Below, piece after piece: positions 9,301-18,900 of a stretch of DNA of 62,277 nt. Each line of letters starts with the position of its first letter. The stretch's first letter is position 1. The DNA is from an uncultured Candidatus Poseidoniales archaeon (GTDB lineage: Archaea; Thermoplasmatota; Poseidoniia; Poseidoniales; Thalassarchaeaceae): NCBI GenBank assembly GCA_902573085.1, contig CACGHY010000003.1, positions 1 to 62,277 on the forward strand. Direction: 5' to 3'. A model generated the notes under the pieces. That model made no database searches and was not told the origin of the DNA. It saw only the letters and a list, made by a program, of their open reading frames with translations. Both the position numbers and the translations under genes were made by a program.

Positions 9301-9867
9301 GTGGGGGTTTCCGACGGAGGACCTGTGAAGCAATCGCGCATTTGCATGCTCGACCTTGAGATGTCCGGGCTCGACCCAGACAAGGAGAGGATAATCGAGG
9401 TCGCCTGCTTCGTCGTCGAGGCCGACCTGACCCCAGTCGAGGGAGCCGAGATGTGCCTGGCGGTGATGCCCGATGACCCCGGGGTGCTTGACACGATGGA
9501 CGACTGGAACACCAGGACCCACGGCGAATCTGGCCTAATCAGGAGAATCAGGGAGGAGGGAGTGTCAATAGCGGAAGCCGAGGAATCGGTGATGGCCCTG
9601 CTCAAGGAGCACATGACCAAGGGTGCGATCATCGCCGGCAACAGCGTTCATCACGACATGCGATTCATCAGGAGGGAGATGCCGATGGTCTCGGACTACT
9701 GCACATTCAGGATCATCGATATCAGCTCCTTCAAGGAGCTGCTCAGGAGAGTCGCCCCGGATGGTCCTCGCTTCTACAAGAGGAGCGACCACACGGCCCT
9801 CGCAGACGCCAGGGGGAGCCTGGACGAGCTGAGGTTCTACGTCGACAACTACCTCGACATCGAGTAG
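9301..9867 (+). CDS. orn: Oligoribonuclease (DEDDh, Orn/REXO2 family)
   Basis: DLEMSGLDP, IIEVAC, WNTRTHGESGL, AGNSVHHD, RIIDISSFKEL, HTALAD. Start uncertain (GTG 9301 or ATG 9346). Confidence 0.92.
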   Translation: MGVSDGGPVKQSRICMLDLEMSGLDPDKERIIEVACFVVEADLTPVEGAEMCLAVMPDDPGVLDTMDDWNTRTHGESGLIRRIREEGVSIAEAEESVMALLKEHMTKGAIIAGNSVHHDMRFIRREMPMVSDYCTFRIIDISSFKELLRRVAPDGPRFYKRSDHTALADARGSLDELRFYVDNYLDIE

Positions 9868-9874
9868 CGTCCAA

Positions 9875-10555
9875 TCAAAGGTCCAGCCCTATCGGGAATC
9901 CCTCGGGCGAGGTGATCAGCAGGTTCACTCCCTCGCCGTTCCTGAGGTAGCCGATCAGCTCGAAGCCATGCACCTTCCTCCCGGCGACCCTGGCAAGGAC
10001 CGGCATCTCCTCGTCCTTCTCCGGTTTCAGGTCCCTCCTGTGACCGTCCTCCTGGTCGTACCACTCCAGTCCCAGGGGCGCGGGGCTGAATCGCACACCG
10101 AGGATCATCTCCACGCCCTCGGTCCAGTCAGCGGCCTCCGCATCCGCCTGGCTGGGATGGGCGTATGCGTTGGGGTGGCTGTGCAGGAAGCTTGCGAACC
10201 TGGACCCCCTCGCCCCCCTCTCCTCCGAGAACACCCCGTCCGTCCACTCCTCCGGTACGTGGTGGACGCTGTACGAGTCGCCGACGTTCACTATGTGCGG
10301 CTCGCCCAGCAGGAACCCGGAACCAGAGAAGCTGGACTGGGTGGGTCCGAAGACCTCCTCGACCGCTTCGGGGTTGGAGCGCTCGGGGTTAGGGTCGAAC
10401 CCTATCAGGACCTCGTCCGGTATCGACTCCATGCTCCACCGGATCACCGTCCGCATCGTCTCCAGGGGAATCAGCAGGTGTGAGGCGTACCTGTCTCTCT
10501 GCTCGTAAGAGTCCCTGTTGTAGGCGGTCGCAGCCTCCAGAAGCCAGTCTCCCAT
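9875..10555 (-). CDS. JAMM/MPN+ (Mov34/JAB) metalloprotease
   Basis: Exact H-x-H-x7-S-x2-D motif (HSHPNAYAHPSQAD) and an upstream Glu (PDEVLIG). Confidence 0.85.
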   Translation of the reverse strand: MGDWLLEAATAYNRDSYEQRDRYASHLLIPLETMRTVIRWSMESIPDEVLIGFDPNPERSNPEAVEEVFGPTQSSFSGSGFLLGEPHIVNVGDSYSVHHVPEEWTDGVFSEERGARGSRFASFLHSHPNAYAHPSQADAEAADWTEGVEMILGVRFSPAPLGLEWYDQEDGHRRDLKPEKDEEMPVLARVAGRKVHGFELIGYLRNGEGVNLLITSPEGFPIGLDL

Positions 10556-10585
10556 GGATTGCCGCTGGAGTGGCCGCGTTTGAGG

Positions 10586-11437
10586 CTACGCTAGCGATAG
10601 GTCCAGGACCACGTGGTCCCAGTGGGGAGCGTACGACTTCACCCTGACCAATTCCGATCGCTTGTACGACTCCGGTCTGATGGCGGATGCGGACGCTACT
10701 ACCTCCTCTGCCCAGGAGGCATGATCGGAAGACGGGGCTAGCCCGTGGACGTGCAGGGTCCCGCCATCCGGCTTCAGGACCCTGAGAGCAGCCTCCAAGC
10801 CGTCTTCCGAGCTCGGTAGGAGACCTAGGAAGACCCTATCCGCCACTCCCTCCAGAGACTGGCTAGTCTGTCTGCTGTCGCCCTCGTGCACAACGCACCT
10901 ACGGTCCACCCCATTCGACTCCAGGCCCCACCTGAGTGCCTCGATCGCTTCGGGGTTCCAATCGCAAGCGTGCACCAAGGAGGCCCCGCCGTGAACCAGG
11001 GCGGGAAGGGTGTAGTAGCCGATCCCGGCATAGAGGTCCACCAGGACCTCGTCCTCCTTGGTGACCTCCCCCATGCGCCTCCTCTCGTTCACGTTACCGG
11101 AGGAGAACATGCAGCGAGTCATCCGGTACCCGTAGTCGACCCCGCTCTCGCGCCTCACGACCCAGTCGTCGTCGCCGAGCAGCATTTCGACCCCGCTCTC
11201 CCTTGTATCCCCGCTGACCTCGCCCATACGTGCGAGACGTTTGGCCCCGAGGGCTTCTGCCACGGCCTCCCAGAGAACGCCATCGGATTCCCAATCGGGT
11301 CCCTTGAACGAGCCCTGCGGGATTATCGCCACGTCGGAGAAACGCTCCCATCTCCTGGGTAGGTCTCCGGGCGGGTCTCCGGACGCCCATGCCCTGACCG
11401 CTCTCTCCAGGCGGGCATGGGGGTCCTCTTCTCCCAT
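10586..11437 (-). CDS. taw2: tRNA(Phe) wyosine-derivative aminocarboxypropyltransferase, Taw2/TYW2 (Met-10+) family
   Basis: MFSSGNVNERRRM, VLVDLYAGIGYYTLP, HACDWNPEA, ADRVFLGLLPSS, VKSYAPHWDHVVLD. Confidence 0.78.
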   Translation of the reverse strand: MGEEDPHARLERAVRAWASGDPPGDLPRRWERFSDVAIIPQGSFKGPDWESDGVLWEAVAEALGAKRLARMGEVSGDTRESGVEMLLGDDDWVVRRESGVDYGYRMTRCMFSSGNVNERRRMGEVTKEDEVLVDLYAGIGYYTLPALVHGGASLVHACDWNPEAIEALRWGLESNGVDRRCVVHEGDSRQTSQSLEGVADRVFLGLLPSSEDGLEAALRVLKPDGGTLHVHGLAPSSDHASWAEEVVASASAIRPESYKRSELVRVKSYAPHWDHVVLDLSLA

Positions 11438-11438
11438 G

Positions 11439-13133
11439 CTATCTCCTCTGTATGTGAGCCCTGATCCTCTCGGCCATCTCCTTGCCGATTCCCGGGACGT
11501 CCCGGAGATCCTTCACGCTCGCGTGCTCGATCCCCTTCCTCCCGCCGAAGTGCCTCAGCAGGGCCTGTATCTTCTTCGCTCCGAGGCCATCCACCTCCTC
11601 GAGTGGGTCCGCCAGCGCCCCCTTCCCTCTCCGCTTCTTGTGGAATGCGTTTGAGAATCTGTGGGCCTCGTCGCGGGCGTGGACCAGTGCCCTGCCCTTC
11701 CTGTCCAGCAGGATCGTCTCCCTCCCCCTCATGTGGAGGGACTCCTCCCTCTTTGCGAGCGCTGCTATCGGGAACAGTCCAAGCAGGCCCATCCCGTCCA
11801 GCGTGCTCTCTATGGCCGATAGGTGTGTCTCGCCCCCGTCGAGGAGTAGCAGGTCAGGCCACTCCTCCTGCCTCTTGGCCCATCTGGACACTGCCTCCGA
11901 CATCATCCTCAGGTCGTCCTGGGCGTCGGACCTGACTCTGTAGGTCCTGTAATCCTCCTTCGATGGCCTGCCCTTGCGCAGGACTACCGACGCCCCGACC
12001 CTCTCCTTGCCAAGTGTCTGGGACATGTCGAAGCACACGATGTGATCGAGGGTGTCGAGGCCCAGAAGGCGGGCTGCATCGTCCGCGGCCGCCTTCTCCA
12101 GGCTCCTGGAGCGCGTGCCCCTGATCAGGTGGATCTCCGCGTTCCTGTCCGCCATGGTCCTGAGCTTGGCCAGCTCCCCACGCATGGGCACCCTGACCTC
12201 GACTGCTCCTCCCCTCCTCTGTGATAGCCAATCCCCCATCGAGTCGCCCAATGGGGACGGGACCAGGAGGCTCTTCGGTGGTCGCCTGTTGGAGTAGTGC
12301 TCCGAAAGGACGAGGGACACCGAGTCGGACACGTCACCCCTGTGTATCAGCTGGTACTCGGTCTGCCCCCTGATCATCCCCTTCTTTGCGTGCAGGATGA
12401 CCAGGCACCCGCTGTCACCGCTCGTCGCGAAACCCACCGCATCGCTGTCCTGGTAGAACCGGCTCGAGACGATGTTCTCGGACTTTGCGCTCTGGACAGA
12501 ACCGATCATGTCCCTGATCCTCGCAGCCCTCTCGTAGTCGAGCCTTTCCGATGCCTGGTCCATGTCCGATTGCAGCCTCTCTATCAGGATGCTTGCGTCT
12601 CCGTCCAGAACGCTTCCAGCCGCCCTCACCCTTTCTTGGTAGTCGTCGCCCTCGGACTCGATGAATCCGAATGGGGGCTTGTCGGTCTTGTCCCTGATCC
12701 CGAAGTGCCTCCTCAGCAACTTGACCACCAGGCGGGCCGACCCTGCGTCGGGGAAGGGCCCCCAGAACTTCGAGCCCTTGGGGGGGTTCCTCGTGAACAT
12801 TATCCGGGGCTTTTCATGCCCGGTAAGTGCGATGAATGGGAAAGACTTACCGTCCTTCAGCAACGAGTTGTACCTTGGCTGGTTCGACCTGATCAACTCC
12901 CTCTCGAGGACCAGGGCCTCCGTCGGCTTCTGAGTCACGATGAAGTCTATCTTATCAGACTCCTGCAGTAGACGAGGGATCATCTCCCTATCGGGATTCT
13001 TCGCGAAGTAGGACCTTACCCTAGATCTAAGGTCTGTAGCCTTCCCTACGTACAGGACTCTGTCATCCGCCCTCTTGAAGAGGTACACCCCAGGCTCCTT
13101 CGGGAGGTCCAACTTTCCTTGGTCTACGGCCAT
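11439..13133 (-). CDS. uvrC: Excinuclease ABC subunit C
   Basis: GIY-YIG (PGVYLF...LYVGKA..LRSRVRSYF), UVR domain LDYERAARIRD, CFDMS, LLLLDGG, RDEAHRF, HhH DVPGIG. Start re-set to ATG 13133 (MAVDQGKLDLP); the ORF-track extension to 13337 overlaps the next gene. Confidence 0.95.
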   Translation of the reverse strand: MAVDQGKLDLPKEPGVYLFKRADDRVLYVGKATDLRSRVRSYFAKNPDREMIPRLLQESDKIDFIVTQKPTEALVLERELIRSNQPRYNSLLKDGKSFPFIALTGHEKPRIMFTRNPPKGSKFWGPFPDAGSARLVVKLLRRHFGIRDKTDKPPFGFIESEGDDYQERVRAAGSVLDGDASILIERLQSDMDQASERLDYERAARIRDMIGSVQSAKSENIVSSRFYQDSDAVGFATSGDSGCLVILHAKKGMIRGQTEYQLIHRGDVSDSVSLVLSEHYSNRRPPKSLLVPSPLGDSMGDWLSQRRGGAVEVRVPMRGELAKLRTMADRNAEIHLIRGTRSRSLEKAAADDAARLLGLDTLDHIVCFDMSQTLGKERVGASVVLRKGRPSKEDYRTYRVRSDAQDDLRMMSEAVSRWAKRQEEWPDLLLLDGGETHLSAIESTLDGMGLLGLFPIAALAKREESLHMRGRETILLDRKGRALVHARDEAHRFSNAFHKKRRGKGALADPLEEVDGLGAKKIQALLRHFGGRKGIEHASVKDLRDVPGIGKEMAERIRAHIQRR

Positions 13134-13189
13134 TTTCAGATGAAGCGACGGCCGCTGGGTTTGATTTACACTTTGCAGGACGGGACAGC

Positions 13190-15358
13190 GTGACCAACCA
13201 GCGCCAACTCGAGATTTTGACCTTCCTCTCGGGCTTCGGAAGGGACCTCGAGGAGTCATGGGACGTGCCCAGGGAGATATCTCTGGCCGGTCTTGCCGAA
13301 CATCTGGGTGTGGTGCGATCGGCGCTGCATCCTCCACTGAACTCGCTTGAGGAGGAGGGATTGGTGATTTCCAGGACCGCTCACGTAATCGGCGCCCCTC
13401 GTAGGAGGAAGGTGTACCACGCTACTGACACAGGAAGGGAGGAAGCAGCCAACAGAACCCCTCTTGAAAACAAGCGCAGGGGAAGGTCCGTAGGACCAAT
13501 CCCTGAGCAGATTCTCCTCCATGGAAGGGAGGGTGTAATCGGCGCAATATCCTCCAGCCTCTCCGATGGTTCCAGCATTCTTCTGGAGGGACTTCCAGGG
13601 ATTGGGAAGACTACCCTAGCCGCTTCCTTGGCGTACTCTCTAATGGAAGAGGGATGGCTAGTGAGGTGGGCAACCTGCCAAACTGACTCAGACCCCTCCT
13701 CGATAGCAGGAATGTGGTTCGGCGGAAGGACCCCATCCTCAAAGGAAGCAATTTCCGCCAGAGCAGACTCGAACAAGACCCTCTTGGTTCTGGATGAGGC
13801 CCAGCAATCAAGCAGCAGGCACTCGAACTCCATCCAGGAGACGCTCGAAGCATGCTCTGAGACCTCAGCTGCAGTGCTAGTCGTGACCAGGGCACCGAAC
13901 CCTTTCACGGGGATGTTCGGCTTCGAGTCGATCAGGTTGGAGGGCCTGGAACCATCGATGGCCAGGGCCCTGCTCCCAGAGGAAATGGGCGAGGAGGAGG
14001 CGATGGAGATCTGCTTAGCAATGGATGGACACCCCCTTGGAATCAAGCTCTGGTCACCCGATGACGACTTACCAGGGTCAGGAGCCGTCCAGGAGTACGT
14101 CGAGTCCCAGGTTCTCAGGAGACTTACCCGGACGGGCTCCTCTTCATTGGACGAGCTCTCGCTTTCTCCATTGCCCATAGAAGTGGAAGAGATGCTGGAG
14201 CCCGAGGGGGCCGGAGAGTTGGATGACTCCGCCATACTGAGATGGGCGGGTCATCTCGTCGAGCCGCATCACCTCGTGAGGAATGTCAGGAGAGCCACAC
14301 TGGAAGGGCAGGAAGGAGCCATCCTTCACACAAAGCTAGCGGAAATGTGGGCAGGTCGAAAGGGCCCAAGAGCTAGAAGGATGGAAGCTCATCACAGGCT
14401 GGAATCTGGTTCTGAGATTGAGACAGATTGGATCAAGGATACCGTAGCTGAGATAATGGAGAGGGATTCGTCTGCTGCAGCAGTAGTTCTGGATCACGCA
14501 ATCGAATCCAATCCAGAGGAGGGACTCTTTGAACTCGCAGCAGACATCGCACTGGAGAGGGGCGAGACCAAGGTCGCGTCTGGATACATCGAATCTCTGA
14601 GTGATGGTCCTAGGAAGGATATGGCATCATCCAGGCTCGCCAGAGCTGAAGGAGATTGGGAGAAGGCAGACGAGTTAGAGGCCTCTGCAATCTCAAGACT
14701 AGACTCGGAAGATAGGGTAAGGGCCGAGATATCATCACTGGTCAGGAAGTACGACGATAGGGTTCCGGGAACCGAGAGCAAGATACCTTTCGAGACTCTC
14801 TTATCCGAAGCCGACTCCATAAGTATCTCGGAGCTTGCATCCGAGGACAGGGAGCTCGCTTCTCTGGCTCTTGACATGCTGCGGTACTCCCTGTCCCTAG
14901 ACACTGGCAACATGGAAGAGGCCTCCAGGACCAGAGACTCGATCGAGGCCAAGATCGGAACAAATGACCCAAGGGTGCCATCTCTGAATCTGATGTCCAG
15001 GCTGTCGGTGGGAACAGAAGGCGAGGCTTTCCTGTACGAGGCACTGGAGGATGCCAGATTCCACATAGAATCCACAAATGACCAATTCGACAGACTCCGC
15101 ACTATCCATATGTGTCTCGAGGCAAGCAAAGAGCCACCTGATTGGCTACTAGAAGCCCACTCGGAATTCGACCATAGCGCATTGAACGAGTCCATGGCCC
15201 ACCACCGTCGTGCTTTGGCCCACTGGTGGTACTGGAGAGGGGTAGTCAACAGGGACGAGAGACTCTCAAGCTGGAATGAGGCCATAGTAAGAATGCGTTC
15301 TTCCGGTAGCATAAACGCGGCCAGGGAGCTCACAGCAAGGCTAAGCCGGGAGCTCTAG
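13190..15358 (+). CDS. wHTH + STAND-class (NB-ARC/MalT-like) P-loop NTPase + helical repeat C-terminus
   Basis: N-terminal wHTH (ISLAGLAEHLGVVRSALHPPLNSLEEEGLV), Walker A GLPGIGKT, Walker B LLVLDEAQ, sensor VVTR, GxP motif MDGHPLGI, Ala/Leu-rich helical tail. Confidence 0.8.
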   Translation: MTNQRQLEILTFLSGFGRDLEESWDVPREISLAGLAEHLGVVRSALHPPLNSLEEEGLVISRTAHVIGAPRRRKVYHATDTGREEAANRTPLENKRRGRSVGPIPEQILLHGREGVIGAISSSLSDGSSILLEGLPGIGKTTLAASLAYSLMEEGWLVRWATCQTDSDPSSIAGMWFGGRTPSSKEAISARADSNKTLLVLDEAQQSSSRHSNSIQETLEACSETSAAVLVVTRAPNPFTGMFGFESIRLEGLEPSMARALLPEEMGEEEAMEICLAMDGHPLGIKLWSPDDDLPGSGAVQEYVESQVLRRLTRTGSSSLDELSLSPLPIEVEEMLEPEGAGELDDSAILRWAGHLVEPHHLVRNVRRATLEGQEGAILHTKLAEMWAGRKGPRARRMEAHHRLESGSEIETDWIKDTVAEIMERDSSAAAVVLDHAIESNPEEGLFELAADIALERGETKVASGYIESLSDGPRKDMASSRLARAEGDWEKADELEASAISRLDSEDRVRAEISSLVRKYDDRVPGTESKIPFETLLSEADSISISELASEDRELASLALDMLRYSLSLDTGNMEEASRTRDSIEAKIGTNDPRVPSLNLMSRLSVGTEGEAFLYEALEDARFHIESTNDQFDRLRTIHMCLEASKEPPDWLLEAHSEFDHSALNESMAHHRRALAHWWYWRGVVNRDERLSSWNEAIVRMRSSGSINAARELTARLSREL

Positions 15359-15588
15359 ATCTCGGCTCCGATGAGGGTCCTAGTGTCAACGATGCCCGGA
15401 ACGGACCTGATTCCCTGGACGATGGCCTCCGTGAGCTCGGACTCCTCGTCGGCCTCTACCTTCACGAAGCAGTCGAAGTTACCGAACACCACCCAGATTC
15501 CCTTTACGCAATCCACCTGTGACACCAGCTCCCTCACCCTGACCTCTTGCCCGGGCTCGGTCGTAATCAGAACGAATCCTACCGCCAA
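15355..15588 (-). CDS. Stand-alone Lrp/AsnC ligand-binding (RAM) domain, 77 aa
   Basis: AVGFVLI..EPG, VFGNFDCFVKVE, IRSVPGIVDTRTLI; no HTH. Confidence 0.88.
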   Translation of the reverse strand: MAVGFVLITTEPGQEVRVRELVSQVDCVKGIWVVFGNFDCFVKVEADEESELTEAIVQGIRSVPGIVDTRTLIGAEI

Positions 15589-15590
15589 CT

Positions 15591-15824
15591 CTACACCTCC
15601 ACCGCGATCAACGTCTCCGTCTTCCTGACCCCTTCTACGTGCCTCATGTCCTCAATCAGGGTCCGCGACATCTCCTTCTCGCTATCGAAGTCTATCCTCG
15701 CAACCAGGTCCAATTCGCCGTAAACCACCGAAACCTCGGTCACTGACTCCATTTCCAGAAGTTGGAGATAAACGTCCCTCTCGCGACCGGGAGAGCAGGA
15801 TATCAATATCCAGGCCAGTGCCAT
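15591..15824 (-). CDS. Stand-alone Lrp/AsnC ligand-binding (RAM) domain, 77 aa
   Basis: AWILIS.SPG, VYGELDLVARID, MRHVEGVRKTETLI; paralog of the adjacent gene. Confidence 0.88.
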   Translation of the reverse strand: MALAWILISCSPGRERDVYLQLLEMESVTEVSVVYGELDLVARIDFDSEKEMSRTLIEDMRHVEGVRKTETLIAVEV

Positions 15825-15885
15825 TCAATTCCTCCGCCCATCTGGACGCTTATGACTCCTACTGTGCCATACCAGCCGAGGGTCA

Positions 15886-15901
15886 AATGACGCAAGTCAT
15901 T
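15886..15901. promoter_or_regulatory. Perfect inverted repeat AATGAC-GCAA-GTCATT in a divergent promoter
   Basis: Read directly from the sequence. It abuts a TTAA-containing TATA-like element about 28 nt before ATG 15928. Confidence 0.4.
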
Positions 15902-15909
15902 AACCCTGA

Positions 15910-18900
15910 TTGCGAATGGCATTGGTCATGCGCTTGGCAATCTCGCTGGTCCTGATGCTGCTTCTCGCGCCGATTTTGTCTGTGACATCAGCGGGCCTCA
16001 CCCGGTCAACGACCGTTTGGAGCGGGACGATATCACTGCCTGATGGATATCTGGTACAATCCAATCAGGTTCTAGTCATACAGGCCGGGACATCAGTCCT
16101 TCTTGGGGATGGGGAGCGCCTAGGGGTTGACGGTAGGGTTTCTATCGAGGGCACAGCATCCTCGCCTGTGACCATCGAGTCCATTTCAGGAGATCACAGA
16201 GGCTTAACTTTCAACTCAAGCTCGAACAATCTGGGTTCGACCATCGATAACCTCACAGTTACGGGTGGGGAGTACGGGATTACAGTCTACGGCAGTAACC
16301 CATTGATAAGCAACCTACAAATTTTCAACACGGATAGAGTAGCAATCGATCTTTTTGACGGTGCGTCTCCAACCATCCGAAACGTCGTGATTGATGGAGG
16401 TGGGCAGGATATTCACGGGATCTCATCAACGTGGAGGTACGGCATAGGAATCTCATCTGGGGCATCGTCAGCACCTGTGGTTCAGGGAGCTAGCATCGGG
16501 AATATGGTTACCAGAGGGGTCAATCTCTGGTACAACTCCGGGGGAATCTGGAGCGGAATCTCCGTCTACAACGTCTCCGGAGCTACCATGTCTGCTGCAG
16601 CCGGTATTTGGATCGAGGACTCAATCCCCCTCTTCACAGATTCTAACATCACCAATTCGGATAATGGGATTATTGTCAGGCATATCTCCGACACCACGAC
16701 TAGACCGACTTTCCTGAATACGAAAGTGGAGGATTCCCAGTACAGGGGCGTCCTCGTCGAGCGCTACGATCACACCAACTACTCGAACCTCCAGACAAAT
16801 GCCATCTTCTCTGGACTGGAGATCAGGGGGACCGGCGGTCCGAACGCGAAGACACCTGGACTCGGAATTGGGGCCGCTTTCGACATAAACACATCCGGAG
16901 CAAGAATCGAAGATGCCGTGATCGAGGAAAACGCGATCGTCGGAATCCGGGCTTACACCACTGACTCATCGACATCATTGTCAAATGTAACGATACGGAA
17001 TAACGGCCCTGAATCCCCTTCCAAGCCTCATGAGGGAGCAGGATTGCTGTTCAGAAGTGCCAGCTGGACCAGCAAGGGCCCGGCAGAGGTATCTGATCTG
17101 GTTGTTCAGAACTCCACAGGAGCCGGTATCGTGATGGTTAAGGGAGGCGTCATTGGTAGTAACTGGACGGTCAGTGGAAATGGCGCCAACGGAGTTTCTT
17201 TCAACGAATTCCATCCTCGGGTAGAGTATCTGCTCAGCGAGGAAAATTCCGGTAGCGGAGTGTCTGTATCAGATTCAAGCAACGTCGAGTTGTCCTTCGT
17301 ACACACGTCCGGGAACGGAATAGGATCGCCAGAATCAGCCGGACTCTACTTCCGAGAGTCGAACTATGTTATGAGCGGTGGGAAGAATGTGACTTGCTAC
17401 TCGTGCTCTTCAGACGGGGATCAGCGAGGAGTTGTGGTAAGGGACAGCATCGATTTACAGCTGATATCCACTACCATAGAAGGTGCACTCTCAGAACCAT
17501 CCTTGGATATCGATAACACTGGAAACCTATTCCCAGGCATTGTCATCTTGGACGACATAGCGATCAATTCCCCCTCCTCCAACTACTCCGTCTGGCTGGA
17601 GGGAGTGGATGCTCAGATCAGTGGACTTGACCTGAGCGGTGACGGAGGGGGGATGTACTGGAAGGCTCGAGGCTCCAATCCGTCATCAATCTCTGAAAGC
17701 GTCATCTGGGACAGCCCATCCCATTGTCTCGACCTTCACTCACACTCCGAGTTGAGCGTAACAGACGTCTCCATGTTCTGCGATAACCTTCCTTGGATCG
17801 ATATCAGCACTGTCAACTTCACCGACTCATCGCTAGAAACTCGCTCTGGAGAAGAAAGCTCATTCTCCTTGAACAAAAGCTCCCATCTGCGTTGGATTTC
17901 CTCAGACCCGATTATCACCCCGGAGAGCACCGAGGACGATGTAATACTGGATATCATGTGGAATATCGATGTTCACACAATCAATCAGAATCTACTCAAT
18001 ATCCCCATGGCCTCTGTAAACATCTCCTTCGATCAATTCGAGAGCGATGTCAATGCGACTCAGCCGTACGAGGGTAGATTCACATATGGTCCGTTTATTG
18101 GCAAGCGTTGGACTCCCATCCAAGGCTGGTCCGGTGTTAACTCAGCTTATGTCGGTTGTACATACGACGGTGTGCAAAATTCCTCACACCCGAAGCAATT
18201 GGATGGCGACTCGACAGTCTTCTGTCAAATCGATCTGAGCAACCAGCCTCCATTCATCATCTGGGACTCTCCATATGACGAGTCTGAGTACTCCAGTGGA
18301 AGCGAGATAGTTTTCGATGCCAGACAGAGTTGGGATCTGGACTTCGATGAGCTGACCTACAGTTGGGATAGCAGCATAGACGGGGATTTCTCAGAATCTT
18401 GCTCTATCACATCCAGCAACGCATCTCTGTTCATTGCAAACCAGAACCAAACGGAACCATGCCTGACGGATGGTAGTCAGTCGGTAACATTGGAAGTATG
18501 CGATTCAGAAGGGCACTGTGTCAACGAGACTCGCACAATTGAGCTGATCAACCTACCACCCGTTCTGAAGGTCGGGACCTTTCCCCAAATTTCCTCTTGG
18601 GGGACACTGTATTTGGGAGAAACCGCGAATGTCACCATAGATCTTACTGGGACTTTCGACCCAGAGGAGGATCAGCTTTGGTGCTGGGCCTCAGCCTCCT
18701 ACGAGTCAGACCCAGATTTAGACCCGGATAACCCCCAATGTCCACTGCAGATAGTCAGGTCGTTCACGAATTCGGATGACACCTCTTTCACCGTCTCAGT
18801 AAATGCATGGGACGGTGTTAATCCTGCAGAAGCATGGACATTCAATGTCGAGCTGTACAATGAAATCCCTATTCCAGTCATGGAAATCTCTCGAACAGGA

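Noticed and set aside
9301-10555. orn + JAB pair as a CBASS-like or cyclic-nucleotide defence system
   Set aside because: No CD-NTase, E1/E2 or effector gene; the two genes are convergent and flanked by housekeeping genes.
12297-12971. 224-aa plus-strand ORF opposite uvrC
   Set aside because: Antisense shadow in a GC-rich region; no motifs.
13134-13337. N-terminal 68-aa extension of UvrC in the ORF track
   Set aside because: Overlaps the divergent STAND gene; the GIY-YIG domain begins right after ATG 13133.
13381-15333. 284-aa and 279-aa antisense ORFs in the STAND gene
   Set aside because: Poly-Ser shadows of Glu/Arg-rich sense codons.
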